A stretch of DNA of 64,000 bases from an uncultured Actinomycetota bacterium (GTDB lineage Bacteria; Actinomycetota; Actinomycetes; Actinomycetales; Micrococcaceae). The notes under the pieces are model-generated. The model had not been told where the DNA came from. It saw nothing but the letters and a program-made list of their open reading frames with translations, and searched no databases. Position numbers and translations under genes: made by a program. How positions within the stretch are numbered: position 1 is the stretch's first letter; each line of letters starts with the position of its first letter. This document shows positions 21,601 to 31,389 of this stretch, one piece after another. Where the stretch lies: assembly GCA_963807805.1 (NCBI GenBank), contig CAWECX010000008.1:110978-174977 (forward strand), read 5' to 3'.

Positions 21601-23067
21601 GTGAATCCCGCCGTGGGCCTCGCGGCCCTGGCGGTGGTTGCCGCCGCCACCGCGGTGATCGGTTTCTACGGGCTCAGGATCTCCCGCACCACCGGTGATT
21701 TCTACGTGGCCTCCCGGACCGTCAAGCCGTGGTGGAACGCCTCGGCCATCGGCGGGGAGTACCTCTCCGCAGCAAGCTTCCTGGGAGTGGCGGGGCTGAT
21801 TCTGTTGTCAGGAACGGATGCCCTGTGGTTTCCGGTGGGCTACACCGCCGGCTACCTGATGCTGCTGCTTTTTGTGGCGGCGCCGCTGCGGCGGTCCGGG
21901 GCGTACACCATCCCGGACTTCACCGAAGCCCGGCTCGATTCAGTGGCCGTCCGCCGGGTGACCAGCCTGGTAGTGGTGGTGGTGGGCTGGCTCTATATCG
22001 TCCCGCAGCTGCATGGTGCCGCCCTGACCATCCGGATCAGCACTGGCCTGCCTGCCTGGGTGGGCTCAGTGGCCGTGGTGGTGATCGTCTGCCTGACAGT
22101 CGTGGCGGGCGGCATGCGGTCCATCACTTTTGTGCAGGCATTCCAGTACTGGCTCAAGCTCACCGCGCTAGCGGTGCCGATCCTCTTCATAGTCTTCACC
22201 CTCGCCGGAACCGATGCGCCCACAGCGGCGCCTGCTGCGGTCAATCCCACAGGGCTGGCCCCCGCCGGTCCGTACCAGAACATCTCGCTGCTGGTGGCGT
22301 TGCTGTTCGGCACCCTGGGCCTGCCCCACGTCCTGGTCAGGTTCTACACCAACCCCGACGGGCACTCGGCCCGCCGCACCACCCTGATCGTGCTCGGACT
22401 GCTGTCGGTGTTCTACCTCTTCCCTACGGCGTACGGACTGGTGGGGAGGATGTTCGCCCCGGACCTTGCCCGCTCCGGCCAGGCCGATGCAGTGGTTCTT
22501 CTGCTGCCCGGGCAGTTCATCGGCGGCACGGCCGGGGACCTGCTCTCTGCCCTCGTGGTGGCCGGAGCGTTTGCCGCTTTCCTGTCCACCACGTCGGGAC
22601 TGGTTGTTTCCCTGGCAGGGGTGATCAGCCAGGACATTCTGGGCGGCAGCGTACGCGGTTTCCGGCTGGCAGCCGTCATTGCAGCCCTGGTTCCGCTGGG
22701 CTTCGCCTTCATGACCGACTCCCTCGCGCTGGCGGGCAGCGTAGGACTCGTGTTCGCCTTCACCGCCTCCACCGTCTGCCCCGTCCTCCTGCTGGGCATC
22801 TGGTGGCGCGGCCTGACGGACGCCGGTGCCATTGCGGGAATGGTTACCGGCGGGGTCCTGTGCGGCGGCGCCATGGTTTCCGGAACCGTTTTTGGTGCCA
22901 GTGGCACTCCGTTCTGGCTGGCCCAGCCTGCGGCATGGACCGTACCGGCCGCTTTTGCGGTGATGGTCCTTGTCTCGCGGGCCACCAAGGCCCGGATCCC
23001 GCGGACCATGTCCCGGGTGATGACCCGGCTCCATACCCCGGAGCGGCCACTGGTCACGGAGCGCTGA
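21601..23067 (+). CDS. Second SLC5/ActP-like symporter paralog
   Basis: AIGGEYLSAASFLG, GGMRSITFVQAFQYWLK, FGTLGLPHVLVRFYTNP. Confidence 0.9.
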   Translation: MNPAVGLAALAVVAAATAVIGFYGLRISRTTGDFYVASRTVKPWWNASAIGGEYLSAASFLGVAGLILLSGTDALWFPVGYTAGYLMLLLFVAAPLRRSGAYTIPDFTEARLDSVAVRRVTSLVVVVVGWLYIVPQLHGAALTIRISTGLPAWVGSVAVVVIVCLTVVAGGMRSITFVQAFQYWLKLTALAVPILFIVFTLAGTDAPTAAPAAVNPTGLAPAGPYQNISLLVALLFGTLGLPHVLVRFYTNPDGHSARRTTLIVLGLLSVFYLFPTAYGLVGRMFAPDLARSGQADAVVLLLPGQFIGGTAGDLLSALVVAGAFAAFLSTTSGLVVSLAGVISQDILGGSVRGFRLAAVIAALVPLGFAFMTDSLALAGSVGLVFAFTASTVCPVLLLGIWWRGLTDAGAIAGMVTGGVLCGGAMVSGTVFGASGTPFWLAQPAAWTVPAAFAVMVLVSRATKARIPRTMSRVMTRLHTPERPLVTER

Positions 23068-23119
23068 GCGCCACAGCTGGCCTCTCGCGCCGGAACGGCC
23101 GAGGGTGGACAATTACGGC

Positions 23120-23813
23120 ATGTCCACTCAGGACGGAATGACACCACCTGAGGCGGAAGGAGTTCCGCCGTCGGTCAGGGCCCAGCTGCTCGCCACCGAA
23201 CACTGGAGCCTGCTGGCCTCGCGCAGCACCACGCAGGGCGAGGTGCTGACGCGGATCAGCATGTTCCTGATGTTCACCTCGGCCAGCCTGGTGAGCCTGG
23301 CGCTCGTTGGACAGGCCACCAGATTCTCCGAGGCCTTCGTTATGTTGGCCATGGTGGTGCTGACCACCGATTTGCTCATCGGTCTGCTGACACAGGTGCG
23401 CGTGCTGAATGTCGCCCTGGAGGACCTGATGTACGTCCTGGCTATGAACCGGCTGCGGGCAGCGTACGTTGATCTGGATCCCGGAATCGCCAAGTACCTG
23501 CTCGCAGGCGTGCACGACGACATGCCCGGAACCGACCGGACCTACTACTTCCTTGGCGGCCGCAGCCAGTGGAGCCACGTTGCCGGGAGCAGCATGGTCT
23601 TCATCACCGATGGCTAACGCCGCGCTCACCGCGATCCTGGTGGGGACGTCTCTGACGCTGTTCGGCTGGTCCATGCCCGGTTGCCGTCCTGGCGGGTGGC
23701 AGCCTGTGGGCTGGGTCTTCGCAGGCGCGTCCTCGTTCAATGGGTACCGGATGTACCGCGGTGTCTGGAGCAGATACCCGCCGCTGTCCCCCACACCGCC
23801 GGACGGCCAGTGA
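23120..23813 (+). CDS. Conserved hypothetical membrane protein; frameshift near 23610
   Basis: AQLLATEHWSLLASRS motif and several TM helices; continues in ORF 23469..23813. Confidence 0.7.
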
Positions 23814-23818
23814 ACCAG

Positions 23819-24403
23819 TCAGTCGATGGCAGCCATCAGTTCAACCACGCGGTCCAGGAAGGCGTCAACCTGGCTTTCCTCGTAGCCGTCCTTCCGGTCG
23901 CGGGACGGAAGACGGCGCGGCGGACGTTGTCCACGCTGAGCGGCTTGTCCTGTTCCAGGTATCCCAGCAGGTCACGGCACAGCCGGTCCACGTCCACGGT
24001 GTTGTAGCTGCGGGCCTTGTTCTTGGCGGGCGGCGGAAACGTTCGCCGTCGGGCCGGTGCAGGCGGCCGCGGAGGATGCCCGAGAGCTTGCCGATTTCGC
24101 GCAGCCAGGCCTCTTCGCCGCTGGCGGCAATCAGTTCATCCCGCTCACGGCGGGCGAAAGCGTCCTCGAGCCGGTCCAGGGCCGCATCCACCACGGCGGC
24201 GGAGTAGCCGCCCTTGACCGGGTCAAAGGAAACGGCACGGACGTCCGCGCTGTTGATGGCCTGGCTCGGCGTGCCTGTGGCGTCTCCAGCGACACCCTTG
24301 CCCGCTGGAGGAACTGGTCCACCTGCTTGGCGTTGTACCCGTATTCGCTGCGCGGCACGCGCTCAAAGGACGCGGGAATCTGCCGTTGAATATCCAATGC
24401 CAC
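23819..24403 (-). CDS. DivIVA-domain repeat protein; multiple frameshifts
   Basis: GYNAKQVDQFLQRA, VDAALDRLEDAF and terminal GYEESQVDAFLDRVVELMAAID DivIVA-like repeats in different frames. Confidence 0.8.
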
Positions 24404-24487
24404 TGATGTGTTCCTTCAATGCTCTTGGGCTGGATCGTTGCTGCTGCCAGTCTATTGGCGCCGGTGGGTGCCCGGCGCGGCGGCAGG

Positions 24488-25414
24488 TCACGGCGCCCGC
24501 GACAAGTACGTACAGGACGAACGCCACGGGGGAGGCGAAAACAATGGAATCCAGCCGGTCCATGACACCGCCGTGCCCGGGCAGGATGCTGCTCATGTCC
24601 TTGATGCCCAGTTCACGCTTGACCATGGACTCGGCGAGGTCTCCGGCGGTGGACGCCGCCACGATGCCCACGGCCAGGACCACGCCCACCCACCAGGGCT
24701 TGTCCAGCAGGAAGATGCAGGCCAGGACGCCGATCAGCATGGCGCCGGCGATGGAGCCGGCGAAGCCTTCCCAGGACTTCTTGGGGCTGATCTTCGGCGC
24801 CATGGGGTGCTTGCCCAGCGATGCCCCCACCAGGTAGCCGAACGTGTCGTTGGAGACCACCAGCAGCAGCATGACGGCCACCTGCCAGGCACCCTGCGGC
24901 ACTGTACCGCCGGGCCAGAGGCCCAGCGGGGTGGCGCCCCCGGCCGCGTGCAGCGGCAGCGCGGCGAAGCTGATGAAGAACGGTACCCAGCCGAGGGTGA
25001 ATACCCCGGCAAAGATGCTGTTGGCCGATCCTGCCGCGCTGTCGATCGACCGCCACAGCAGCACAGCGACACAGCTGAGCAGCATCGCGAAGAGCAGGCT
25101 TTCAAGGCCGCCGAAGTAGGCGGCAAACGGCATGGCCACCGTGCCGGTCATGACGGGAACGATGGGCATCCTGGTCCCGTTGGCTTCCAGGGCCCGGTAG
25201 ATCTCCCACACGCCGAAGATGGCGAACGTGGTGGTGACGGCGACGAAACCCAGGGGGAGGAAGAGCAGGCCGCCCAGCACCGCAAGCAGCATGGCCAGCC
25301 CCACCACGATGGCTGCCGGAAGGTTCCGGCCGGCCTTCGGCGTCGGGTTGCTCCGGGGCTGCCTGCCCCTCGATGCGCGCCCGCTGGTGCGGGGGCCTGC
25401 TCTGCCTGGCTCAT
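24488..25414 (-). CDS. cdsA: Phosphatidate cytidylyltransferase (frameshift near 25375; 3' end approximate)
   Basis: KAGRNLPAAI, SNDTFGY, ISPKKSWEG, GDLAESMVKR, LPGHGGVMDRLDS; follows frr. Confidence 0.92.
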
Positions 25415-25971
25415 CAGACTTCGAGCAGCTCTGCTTCCTTGCGCTTGAGCAGCTCATCGATGCCGTCCACGTGGGCCTTGGTCAGGGCGTCGAGTTCCTT
25501 TTCGGCCCGGGTGCCCTCGTCTTCGCCGGCTTCGCCGTCCTTGACCAGCTTGTCCAGCGTTTCCTTGGCCTTGCGGCGGATGTTGCGGATGGAGACCTTG
25601 GCGTCCTCGCCCTTGGTCTTGACGATCTTGACGTATTCCTTGCGGCGTTCCTGGGTCAGGTCCGGGATGGTGATCCGGATGACGTTGCCGTCGTTGGACG
25701 GGTTGGCTCCGACCTCGGAGTCGCTCAGGGCGCGTTCGATGTCCCGCAGCGCGGTCTTGTCGAACGGCGTGATCAGGATGGTGCGGGCGTCCGGGATGGC
25801 GAACGACGCGAGCTGCTGCAGCGGAGTGGGTGAACCGTAGTAGTCCACCAGTACCTTGTTGTAGAGGCCCGGGTTGGCCCGTCCGGTGCGGATCGAGGCG
25901 AAGTCTTCCTTGGCTACCTCTACTGCCTTGTCCATCTTCTCTTCGGCTTCGAGCAAGGTTTCTTCGATCAC
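25414..25971 (-). CDS. frr: Ribosome recycling factor
   Basis: [25 protein letters not shown]. Confidence 0.98.
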   Translation of the reverse strand: MIEETLLEAEEKMDKAVEVAKEDFASIRTGRANPGLYNKVLVDYYGSPTPLQQLASFAIPDARTILITPFDKTALRDIERALSDSEVGANPSNDGNVIRITIPDLTQERRKEYVKIVKTKGEDAKVSIRNIRRKAKETLDKLVKDGEAGEDEGTRAEKELDALTKAHVDGIDELLKRKEAELLEV

Positions 25972-26100
25972 GGTCTCTCCTCAGAAATCAGTGCAGTCCG
26001 GCGGTGCCGGTTCCCTGCACAAGCTTGGTTCAATGTCGCTGGTTCCACCGTTGGTCCCGCCAGCGGGATGGAACTGTCCTCGAAAACATCCTAGCCGTAG

Positions 26101-26838
26101 CTAGGCGGTCACCAGGGTGCCCAGCTTTTCGCCGAGGATGGCGCGGGTGACGTTGCCTTCGCCTTCCATGCCGAAGACCACCATGGACAGGTTGTTGTCC
26201 TTGCACATGGTCATGGCGGTCTGGTCCATGACCCGGATGTCGCGGCGCAGGGCGTCGTCGTAGCTCAGGGTCTCCAGCCGTTCGGCGCTGGGGTCCTTCT
26301 TGGGATCGGCGGTGTAGACGGCGTCCACGCCGCTCTTGGCCATGAGGACAACGTCGGCGTGGACTTCCAGGGCGCGCTGGGCGGCCACGGTGTCGGTGGA
26401 GAAGTAGGGCAGGCCGGCGCCGGCGCCGAAGATGACCACGCGGCCCTTTTCCATGTGGCGGATGGCGCGGCGGGGAATGTAGGCCTCAGCGACCTGGCCC
26501 ATGGTGATGGCGCTCTGGACCCGGGTTTCCACGCCGGCCTGCTCCAGGAAGTCCTGCAGGGCCAGGCAGTTCATGACGGTGCCGAGCATGCCCATGTAGT
26601 CCGCGCGGGAGCGGTCCATGCCGCTCTGGGACAGTTCGGCGCCGCGGAAGAAGTTGCCGCCGCCCACCACGATGGCAACTTCCACGTCGGGGACGGCTGC
26701 GGCGATCTGCTTGGCGACGTCGCGGACGGTTTCGGGGTCGACGCCCAGCTTTCCGCCGCCGAAGACCTCGCCGGAGAGCTTCAGGAGGACGCGGCGCCGG
26801 TTCTTCTCTGGCTGGATTGAAGTATTGACGGCTTCCAT
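26101..26838 (-). CDS. pyrH: UMP kinase
   Basis: [33 protein letters not shown]. Confidence 0.98.
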   Translation of the reverse strand: MEAVNTSIQPEKNRRRVLLKLSGEVFGGGKLGVDPETVRDVAKQIAAAVPDVEVAIVVGGGNFFRGAELSQSGMDRSRADYMGMLGTVMNCLALQDFLEQAGVETRVQSAITMGQVAEAYIPRRAIRHMEKGRVVIFGAGAGLPYFSTDTVAAQRALEVHADVVLMAKSGVDAVYTADPKKDPSAERLETLSYDDALRRDIRVMDQTAMTMCKDNNLSMVVFGMEGEGNVTRAILGEKLGTLVTA

Positions 26839-26932
26839 GGTGCCTTCCCGTTGGTGAACTCTGAAAAAGGTTATCCTGCTGGGCGGCCAAAGGTCTCATC
26901 CGTGGACGGGCCGGCAGTCGCCGGGTGCATGC

Positions 26933-26965
26933 AAAAGGGGCGGCCACCGAAGTGGCCACCCCTTT
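26933..26965 (-). terminator. Intrinsic terminator after tsf
   Basis: AAAAGGGGCGGCCAC-CGAA-GTGGCCACCCCTTT; TTCG loop and U-tract on the minus strand. Confidence 0.85.
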
Positions 26966-26976
26966 AGCAGATTCGA

Positions 26977-27813
26977 CTAGGAGCCGACGCGGAAACGCGC
27001 GAACGCAGTTCCCTTGACACCGGCCTCTTCGAGGACCTGTGCCACGGACTTCTTGGCGTCCTTGGCGAATGCCTGGTCAACCAGGACCTCACCCTTGTAG
27101 AAGCCCGTAACGCGGCCTTCCACAATCTTGGTGAGGGCGGCCTCGGGCTTGCCCTCGGCCTTTGCGGTCTCTTCGGCGATGCGGCGCTCGGACTCGACCA
27201 GCTCGGACGGAACGTCTTCGCGGGTCAGGTAGTTCGGGGCCATGGCGGCGATGTGGACAGCAACGTCGTGCGCGGCGGTGGCAGCGGCTTCGCCTTCACC
27301 GTCAACAGCGAACAGGACGCCGACCTGGGCCGGGAGGTCCTTGGAGGTCTTGTGCAGGTAAGCGTCAACCGTGCCGCCCTCGATGCGGGAAATCCGGCGG
27401 ACAACAACCTTTTCGCCCAGGACTGCGCCCTCTTCGACGACGACCTCGGACAGCGGCTTGCCGTCAACCTCGGTGGCGAGGAGGGTCTCGAGATCGGCAG
27501 CGCCGGACTCGACAGCTACGGCCAGGACCTTGTCGGCCAGCTGGATGAACTTGTCGGCCTTGGCAACGAAGTCGGTCTCGCAGTTGACCTCGATCATCAC
27601 GCCGACGCCGTTGCTGACCTTTGCGGCCACCAGGCCTTCGGCGGTGGAGCGGCCTTCGCGCTTGGTAGCGCCCTTGAGGCCCTTGATGCGGATGATCTCG
27701 ATGGCCTTCTCGGCGTCACCGTTGGCTTCGTCAAGAGCCTTCTTGACGTCCATCATGCCGGCGCCGGTGCGCTCGCGCAGAGCCTTGATGTCAGCGGCAG
27801 TGTAGTTCGCCAT
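26977..27813 (-). CDS. tsf: Elongation factor Ts
   Basis: LRERTGAGMMDVKKAL, EVNCETDFVA. Confidence 0.99.
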   Translation of the reverse strand: MANYTAADIKALRERTGAGMMDVKKALDEANGDAEKAIEIIRIKGLKGATKREGRSTAEGLVAAKVSNGVGVMIEVNCETDFVAKADKFIQLADKVLAVAVESGAADLETLLATEVDGKPLSEVVVEEGAVLGEKVVVRRISRIEGGTVDAYLHKTSKDLPAQVGVLFAVDGEGEAAATAAHDVAVHIAAMAPNYLTREDVPSELVESERRIAEETAKAEGKPEAALTKIVEGRVTGFYKGEVLVDQAFAKDAKKSVAQVLEEAGVKGTAFARFRVGS

Positions 27814-27943
27814 GTGAACCCCTCTGTCTAGAAAATGTATGTGGTGTACGGACCGACAGGACGGCAGCCCACTGTGTGGGCCGCCATCCTGTCAGCTGCT
27901 CCGGCGCTGCAGGCAGCACCGGAGAATCCGGATTTAGCTTGTC

Positions 27944-28819
27944 TTACTTGTCAGCGTCGGCGGCGGGAGCCTCGGCAGCGGCCGGGGCTTCCTCGGCGGC
28001 CGGAGCAGCAGCGGCTTCCTCGGCAGCCGGAGCGGCGGCAGCCTCTTCAGCCTTGCTGCCCTCGAGGAGTTCGCGCTCCCACTCGGCCAGCGGCTCTTCC
28101 GGAGCTTCGGTGGTGCCCGTTGCACGCTGGTTGCGGGCGATGAGGCCCTCGGCAACGGCGTCGGCGACAACGCGGGTCAGCAGGTTCACGGAGCGGATGG
28201 CGTCGTCGTTGCCCGGGATCGGGAAGTCGACTTCGTCAGGATCGCAGTTGGTGTCCAGGATGGCCACAACAGGGATGTTCAGCTTCTTGGCTTCGTCAAC
28301 GGCGAGGTGTTCCTTCTTGGTGTCCACGATCCAGAGCACGGAAGGTGCCTTGGTCAGGTTGCGGATACCGCCGAGGTTGGTCTCCAGCTTGGTGAGTTCG
28401 CGGCGAAGGAGCAGCAGTTCCTTCTTCGTGTAGGCGGAACCGGCGACGTCGTCGAAGTCGATCTCTTCCAGTTCCTTCATGCGCTGGATGCGCTTGGAAA
28501 CAGTCTGGAAGTTGGTCAGCATACCGCCGAGCCAGCGCTGGTTCACGTAGGGCTGGCCCACGCGGGTGGCCTGCTCGGCAATTGCTTCCTGGGCCTGCTT
28601 CTTGGTGCCGACGAAGAGTACGGTGCCGCCGTGTGCAACGGTGGCCTTCACGAACTCGTAGGCGCGGTCGATGTAGGACAGCGACTGCTGAAGGTCAATG
28701 ATGTAGATGCCATTGCGCTCCGTGAAGATGAAGCGCTTCATCTTCGGGTTCCAACGGCGGGTCTGGTGTCCAAAGTGGACGCCGCTGTCAAGCAGCTGGC
28801 GCATAGTTACGACGGGCAT
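27944..28819 (-). CDS. rpsB: 30S ribosomal protein S2
   Basis: [34 protein letters not shown]. Confidence 0.99.
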   Translation of the reverse strand: MPVVTMRQLLDSGVHFGHQTRRWNPKMKRFIFTERNGIYIIDLQQSLSYIDRAYEFVKATVAHGGTVLFVGTKKQAQEAIAEQATRVGQPYVNQRWLGGMLTNFQTVSKRIQRMKELEEIDFDDVAGSAYTKKELLLLRRELTKLETNLGGIRNLTKAPSVLWIVDTKKEHLAVDEAKKLNIPVVAILDTNCDPDEVDFPIPGNDDAIRSVNLLTRVVADAVAEGLIARNQRATGTTEAPEEPLAEWERELLEGSKAEEAAAAPAAEEAAAAPAAEEAPAAAEAPAADADK

Positions 28820-29254
28820 GCCGACGCTCCTTCCGGCAGGTCATTCATGAGAAAGCCTCTCAGCCCTCTTACCCTGCCAATAGTTGACGGTTGTATTAGC
28901 GTGGCCCAGGCGGGCCGTGCTCCTGGCATCCCTTGCGCTTCCCATCAGGGCCATGGGTCCTGACCGCAGGAGGCGCAATCCGCCGCACACAAAGCCGGGG
29001 CTTCAAGTGTGGAGGGCTGGATGCGCGTAGTCAGCTGCTGCTCCCCCACACTCCTGAATGAGACGTGCTGACGCAGGCCTGCCAGCCGGAGTTCTCCGGG
29101 AGGCACTGCAAGCGTTGAAGGCACAGCAAACTGCTCCATCAAGTGTACTACAGGAGCCCGCACCAGATGGCCAGGCGGGCCGGCGCGGCCGAACTTTTCC
29201 ACATGCCCGGATCACCCCCTCCCCACGGCCGGCCGGCAGCGCCAGGGTGGAGGG

Positions 29255-29818
29255 ATGAAGGCACCGGTTTTACTCGCTGCAGTCCTGCTGCTTCCCGCGT
29301 CAGTTACCCCGGCCGGGGAAGGCCTTCCGGCCGGCCCCGCGCCAGTCTCGCCAGGCGGGCCGCCGGCTGCTCCGGCGTCGGCAGGACCTGCTCCGGCGCG
29401 GCCGGGGTGGCAGTGGCCACTCACGCCCCGGCCCGGAGTGCTTCGGGAGTTCGACCCCCCGGACAGGCCCTGGATGAGCGGGCACCGCGGGGTGGATCTT
29501 GAAGCATCGGCCGACGGCGTTTCCGTCACCTCGCCTGCCGACGGCACCATCAGCTTCGTCGGCGTCGTGGTTGACCGTCCGGTCATCACTGTGGATCACG
29601 GCGACGGGCTCCGGAGCAGTTTCGAACCGGTGCAGAGCACGCTGGCTGCCGGGGACACGGTAGCCAAAGGCGACGTGATCGGCACGGTGCTGTCCGGCCA
29701 CTGCGGTCCGGGCCCGTGCGTCCATTGGGGTGTCCGGCTCGGCGAAGATTACGTCGATCCGCTGGAATTCGTACTGGACCTCCGGCCATCCGTCCTGCTC
29801 CCCCTGTCCCGCGGGTAG
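29255..29818 (+). CDS. M23-family peptidase (secreted)
   Basis: Signal peptide, WQWPL, GHRGVDL (HxxxD), CVHWGVR; divergent from rpsB. Confidence 0.85.
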   Translation: MKAPVLLAAVLLLPASVTPAGEGLPAGPAPVSPGGPPAAPASAGPAPARPGWQWPLTPRPGVLREFDPPDRPWMSGHRGVDLEASADGVSVTSPADGTISFVGVVVDRPVITVDHGDGLRSSFEPVQSTLAAGDTVAKGDVIGTVLSGHCGPGPCVHWGVRLGEDYVDPLEFVLDLRPSVLLPLSRG

Positions 29819-29871
29819 CCGGACGGGCAGGGGTGCAGGTTTGGACGATCGCCGGCGGGCCGGTTTTGACG

Positions 29872-31062
29872 CTAGACGATAGCGGATACTCCCGTGATGG
29901 CCCGCCCCGTCACGAGCGTATTGACCTCGTGGGTGCCTTCGTAGGAGTAGATTGCCTCCGCGTCAGCGAAGATCTTGGCCATCTCGAAGTCCGTGACAAT
30001 GCCGTTTCCGCCCAGGAGACTCCGGCCGATCGCCACGCTTTCGCGCATCCTGGCGGTGGTAAAGGCCTTCGCCAAGGCGGACTGTTCGTCCTTGGCCTGG
30101 CCTGCATCCTCAAGCTGCGAGAGCCGGACCATCATGCCGAGGGAACTGACGGTGTTTCCGAGGATCTGGACCAGCTGGCTCTGCACGAGCTGGAAGGAGG
30201 CCAGCGGCCGGCCGAACTGGTGCCGCTCCACCGCATAGCGCCGGGCGACATCGAAGGCGGCCAACTGCTGCCCCACGGCCTGCCAGGCAACACCGAGGCG
30301 GGTGACTTTGAGGACTTTGTTGGTGTCGCGGAAACTGTTGGCGTGTGCCAGCTTGAAGAAGTCCGGCACCACGACGTTGTCCAGGACGATGTCGGCGTTC
30401 TGGACGGTGCGCAGGGAAATCTTGTTCTCAATCCTGGTGGCACTGAATCCGGAGAGCGTGGTGTCCACGAGGAAGCCTTTGACCTGGTTGTCGGCGACAT
30501 CCCGCGCGTAGATGACCACCCAGTCGGAGAAGGTGGCGTTGCCGATCCAGCGCTTTGCTCCGTTGAGGACCCATGTGTCCCCTTCGCGTCGGGCCGTGGT
30601 CCTGGTGCCGCCGGCAACGTCGGAACCACCCAGGGGCTCCGTCAGCCCGAAAGCTCCGATCTTCTTCATGGCGTAGATGTCCGGGAGCCAGGCATCCTTC
30701 TGTTCCTGGGAGGCAAGGGCCTCGATGGAACCGGTGAACAGTCCGTCATGGACGCCCATGAACGTGGAGATTGAGGTATCGGCCCGGGTCACCTCTGCGT
30801 GCATCAGGCCTGCAAAGAGGTTGGAGTGCCCCTGGCGCCGGACGGGGCTGACCAGGTCGATCTCCCCCAGCTTTGGGATGAGATCCATCGGAAATTCGCC
30901 GCGGTTCCAGCAGTCGACGGCTATCGGACGCACTTCGCGGGCCAGGAACCCGCGGATCTCCGCCAGCCTGTCGCGTTCCTTGTCGGACAGCAGCTGCTCG
31001 AAGGCAAAGAAATCGCCGTCGGCGTAGGGAAGGTCGTTGATGTCAAGGGATGTGTTGGACAT
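29872..31062 (-). CDS. Acyl-CoA dehydrogenase (glutaryl-CoA DH/acyl-CoA oxidase 4-like branch)
   Basis: FGLTEPLGGSD, LNGAKRWIGN, LLGGNGI, YSYEGTHEVN. Confidence 0.93.
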   Translation of the reverse strand: MSNTSLDINDLPYADGDFFAFEQLLSDKERDRLAEIRGFLAREVRPIAVDCWNRGEFPMDLIPKLGEIDLVSPVRRQGHSNLFAGLMHAEVTRADTSISTFMGVHDGLFTGSIEALASQEQKDAWLPDIYAMKKIGAFGLTEPLGGSDVAGGTRTTARREGDTWVLNGAKRWIGNATFSDWVVIYARDVADNQVKGFLVDTTLSGFSATRIENKISLRTVQNADIVLDNVVVPDFFKLAHANSFRDTNKVLKVTRLGVAWQAVGQQLAAFDVARRYAVERHQFGRPLASFQLVQSQLVQILGNTVSSLGMMVRLSQLEDAGQAKDEQSALAKAFTTARMRESVAIGRSLLGGNGIVTDFEMAKIFADAEAIYSYEGTHEVNTLVTGRAITGVSAIV

Positions 31063-31130
31063 GGGTTTCCTCGCAAAGGATCAGCAGCGGCGGTGGGGCC
31101 CTGAACGTTGAAGCTCCGTCTTGGGTGGGT

Positions 31131-31152
31131 TATGTTACTGGTGAGTAACATA
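31131..31152. promoter_or_regulatory. Palindromic operator TATGTTACT-GGTG-AGTAACATA
   Basis: Perfect 9-bp arms about 70 bp upstream of the acyl-CoA dehydrogenase. Confidence 0.7.
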
Positions 31153-31170
31153 CCGTATGCGGGGTGATAA

Positions 31171-31212
31171 AACAAAGGAACCGCAGCCGACATGGGGTCG
31201 GCCGCGGTTCCT
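31171..31212 (-). terminator. Terminator downstream of tRNA
   Basis: AGGAACCGCAGCCGAC...GTCGGCCGCGGTTCCT hairpin followed by a U-rich tract on the minus strand. Confidence 0.75.
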
Positions 31213-31237
31213 GTACAGCGGTGCGGTGGAGAAAAGG

Positions 31238-31311
31238 TAGGGCTACTCGGACTTGAACCGAGGACCTTAGGATTATGAGTCCCGCGCTCTAACCAGCTGA
31301 GCTATAGCCCC
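31238..31311 (-). tRNA. tRNA with CAT anticodon, most likely tRNA-Ile2 (lysidine)
   Basis: GGGGCTATAGCTCAGCTGGTTAGAGCGCGGGACT-CAT-AATCCTAAGGTCCTCGGTTCAAGTCCGAGTAGCCCTA cloverleaf; lacks initiator features; Ile2 versus Met identity is inferred. Confidence 0.9.
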
Positions 31312-31389
31312 GAGTGCCCTGCCGCTCCTGGTCCGTGCGGACTTCGGGTCCGGCGGGGCAAAAACACTCTAGCAAACAGCGGAAAGCCT

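Noticed and set aside
27944-28060. Tandem repeats at the 3' end of rpsB
   Set aside because: They encode the ordinary low-complexity EEAAAAPAA tail of actinobacterial S2
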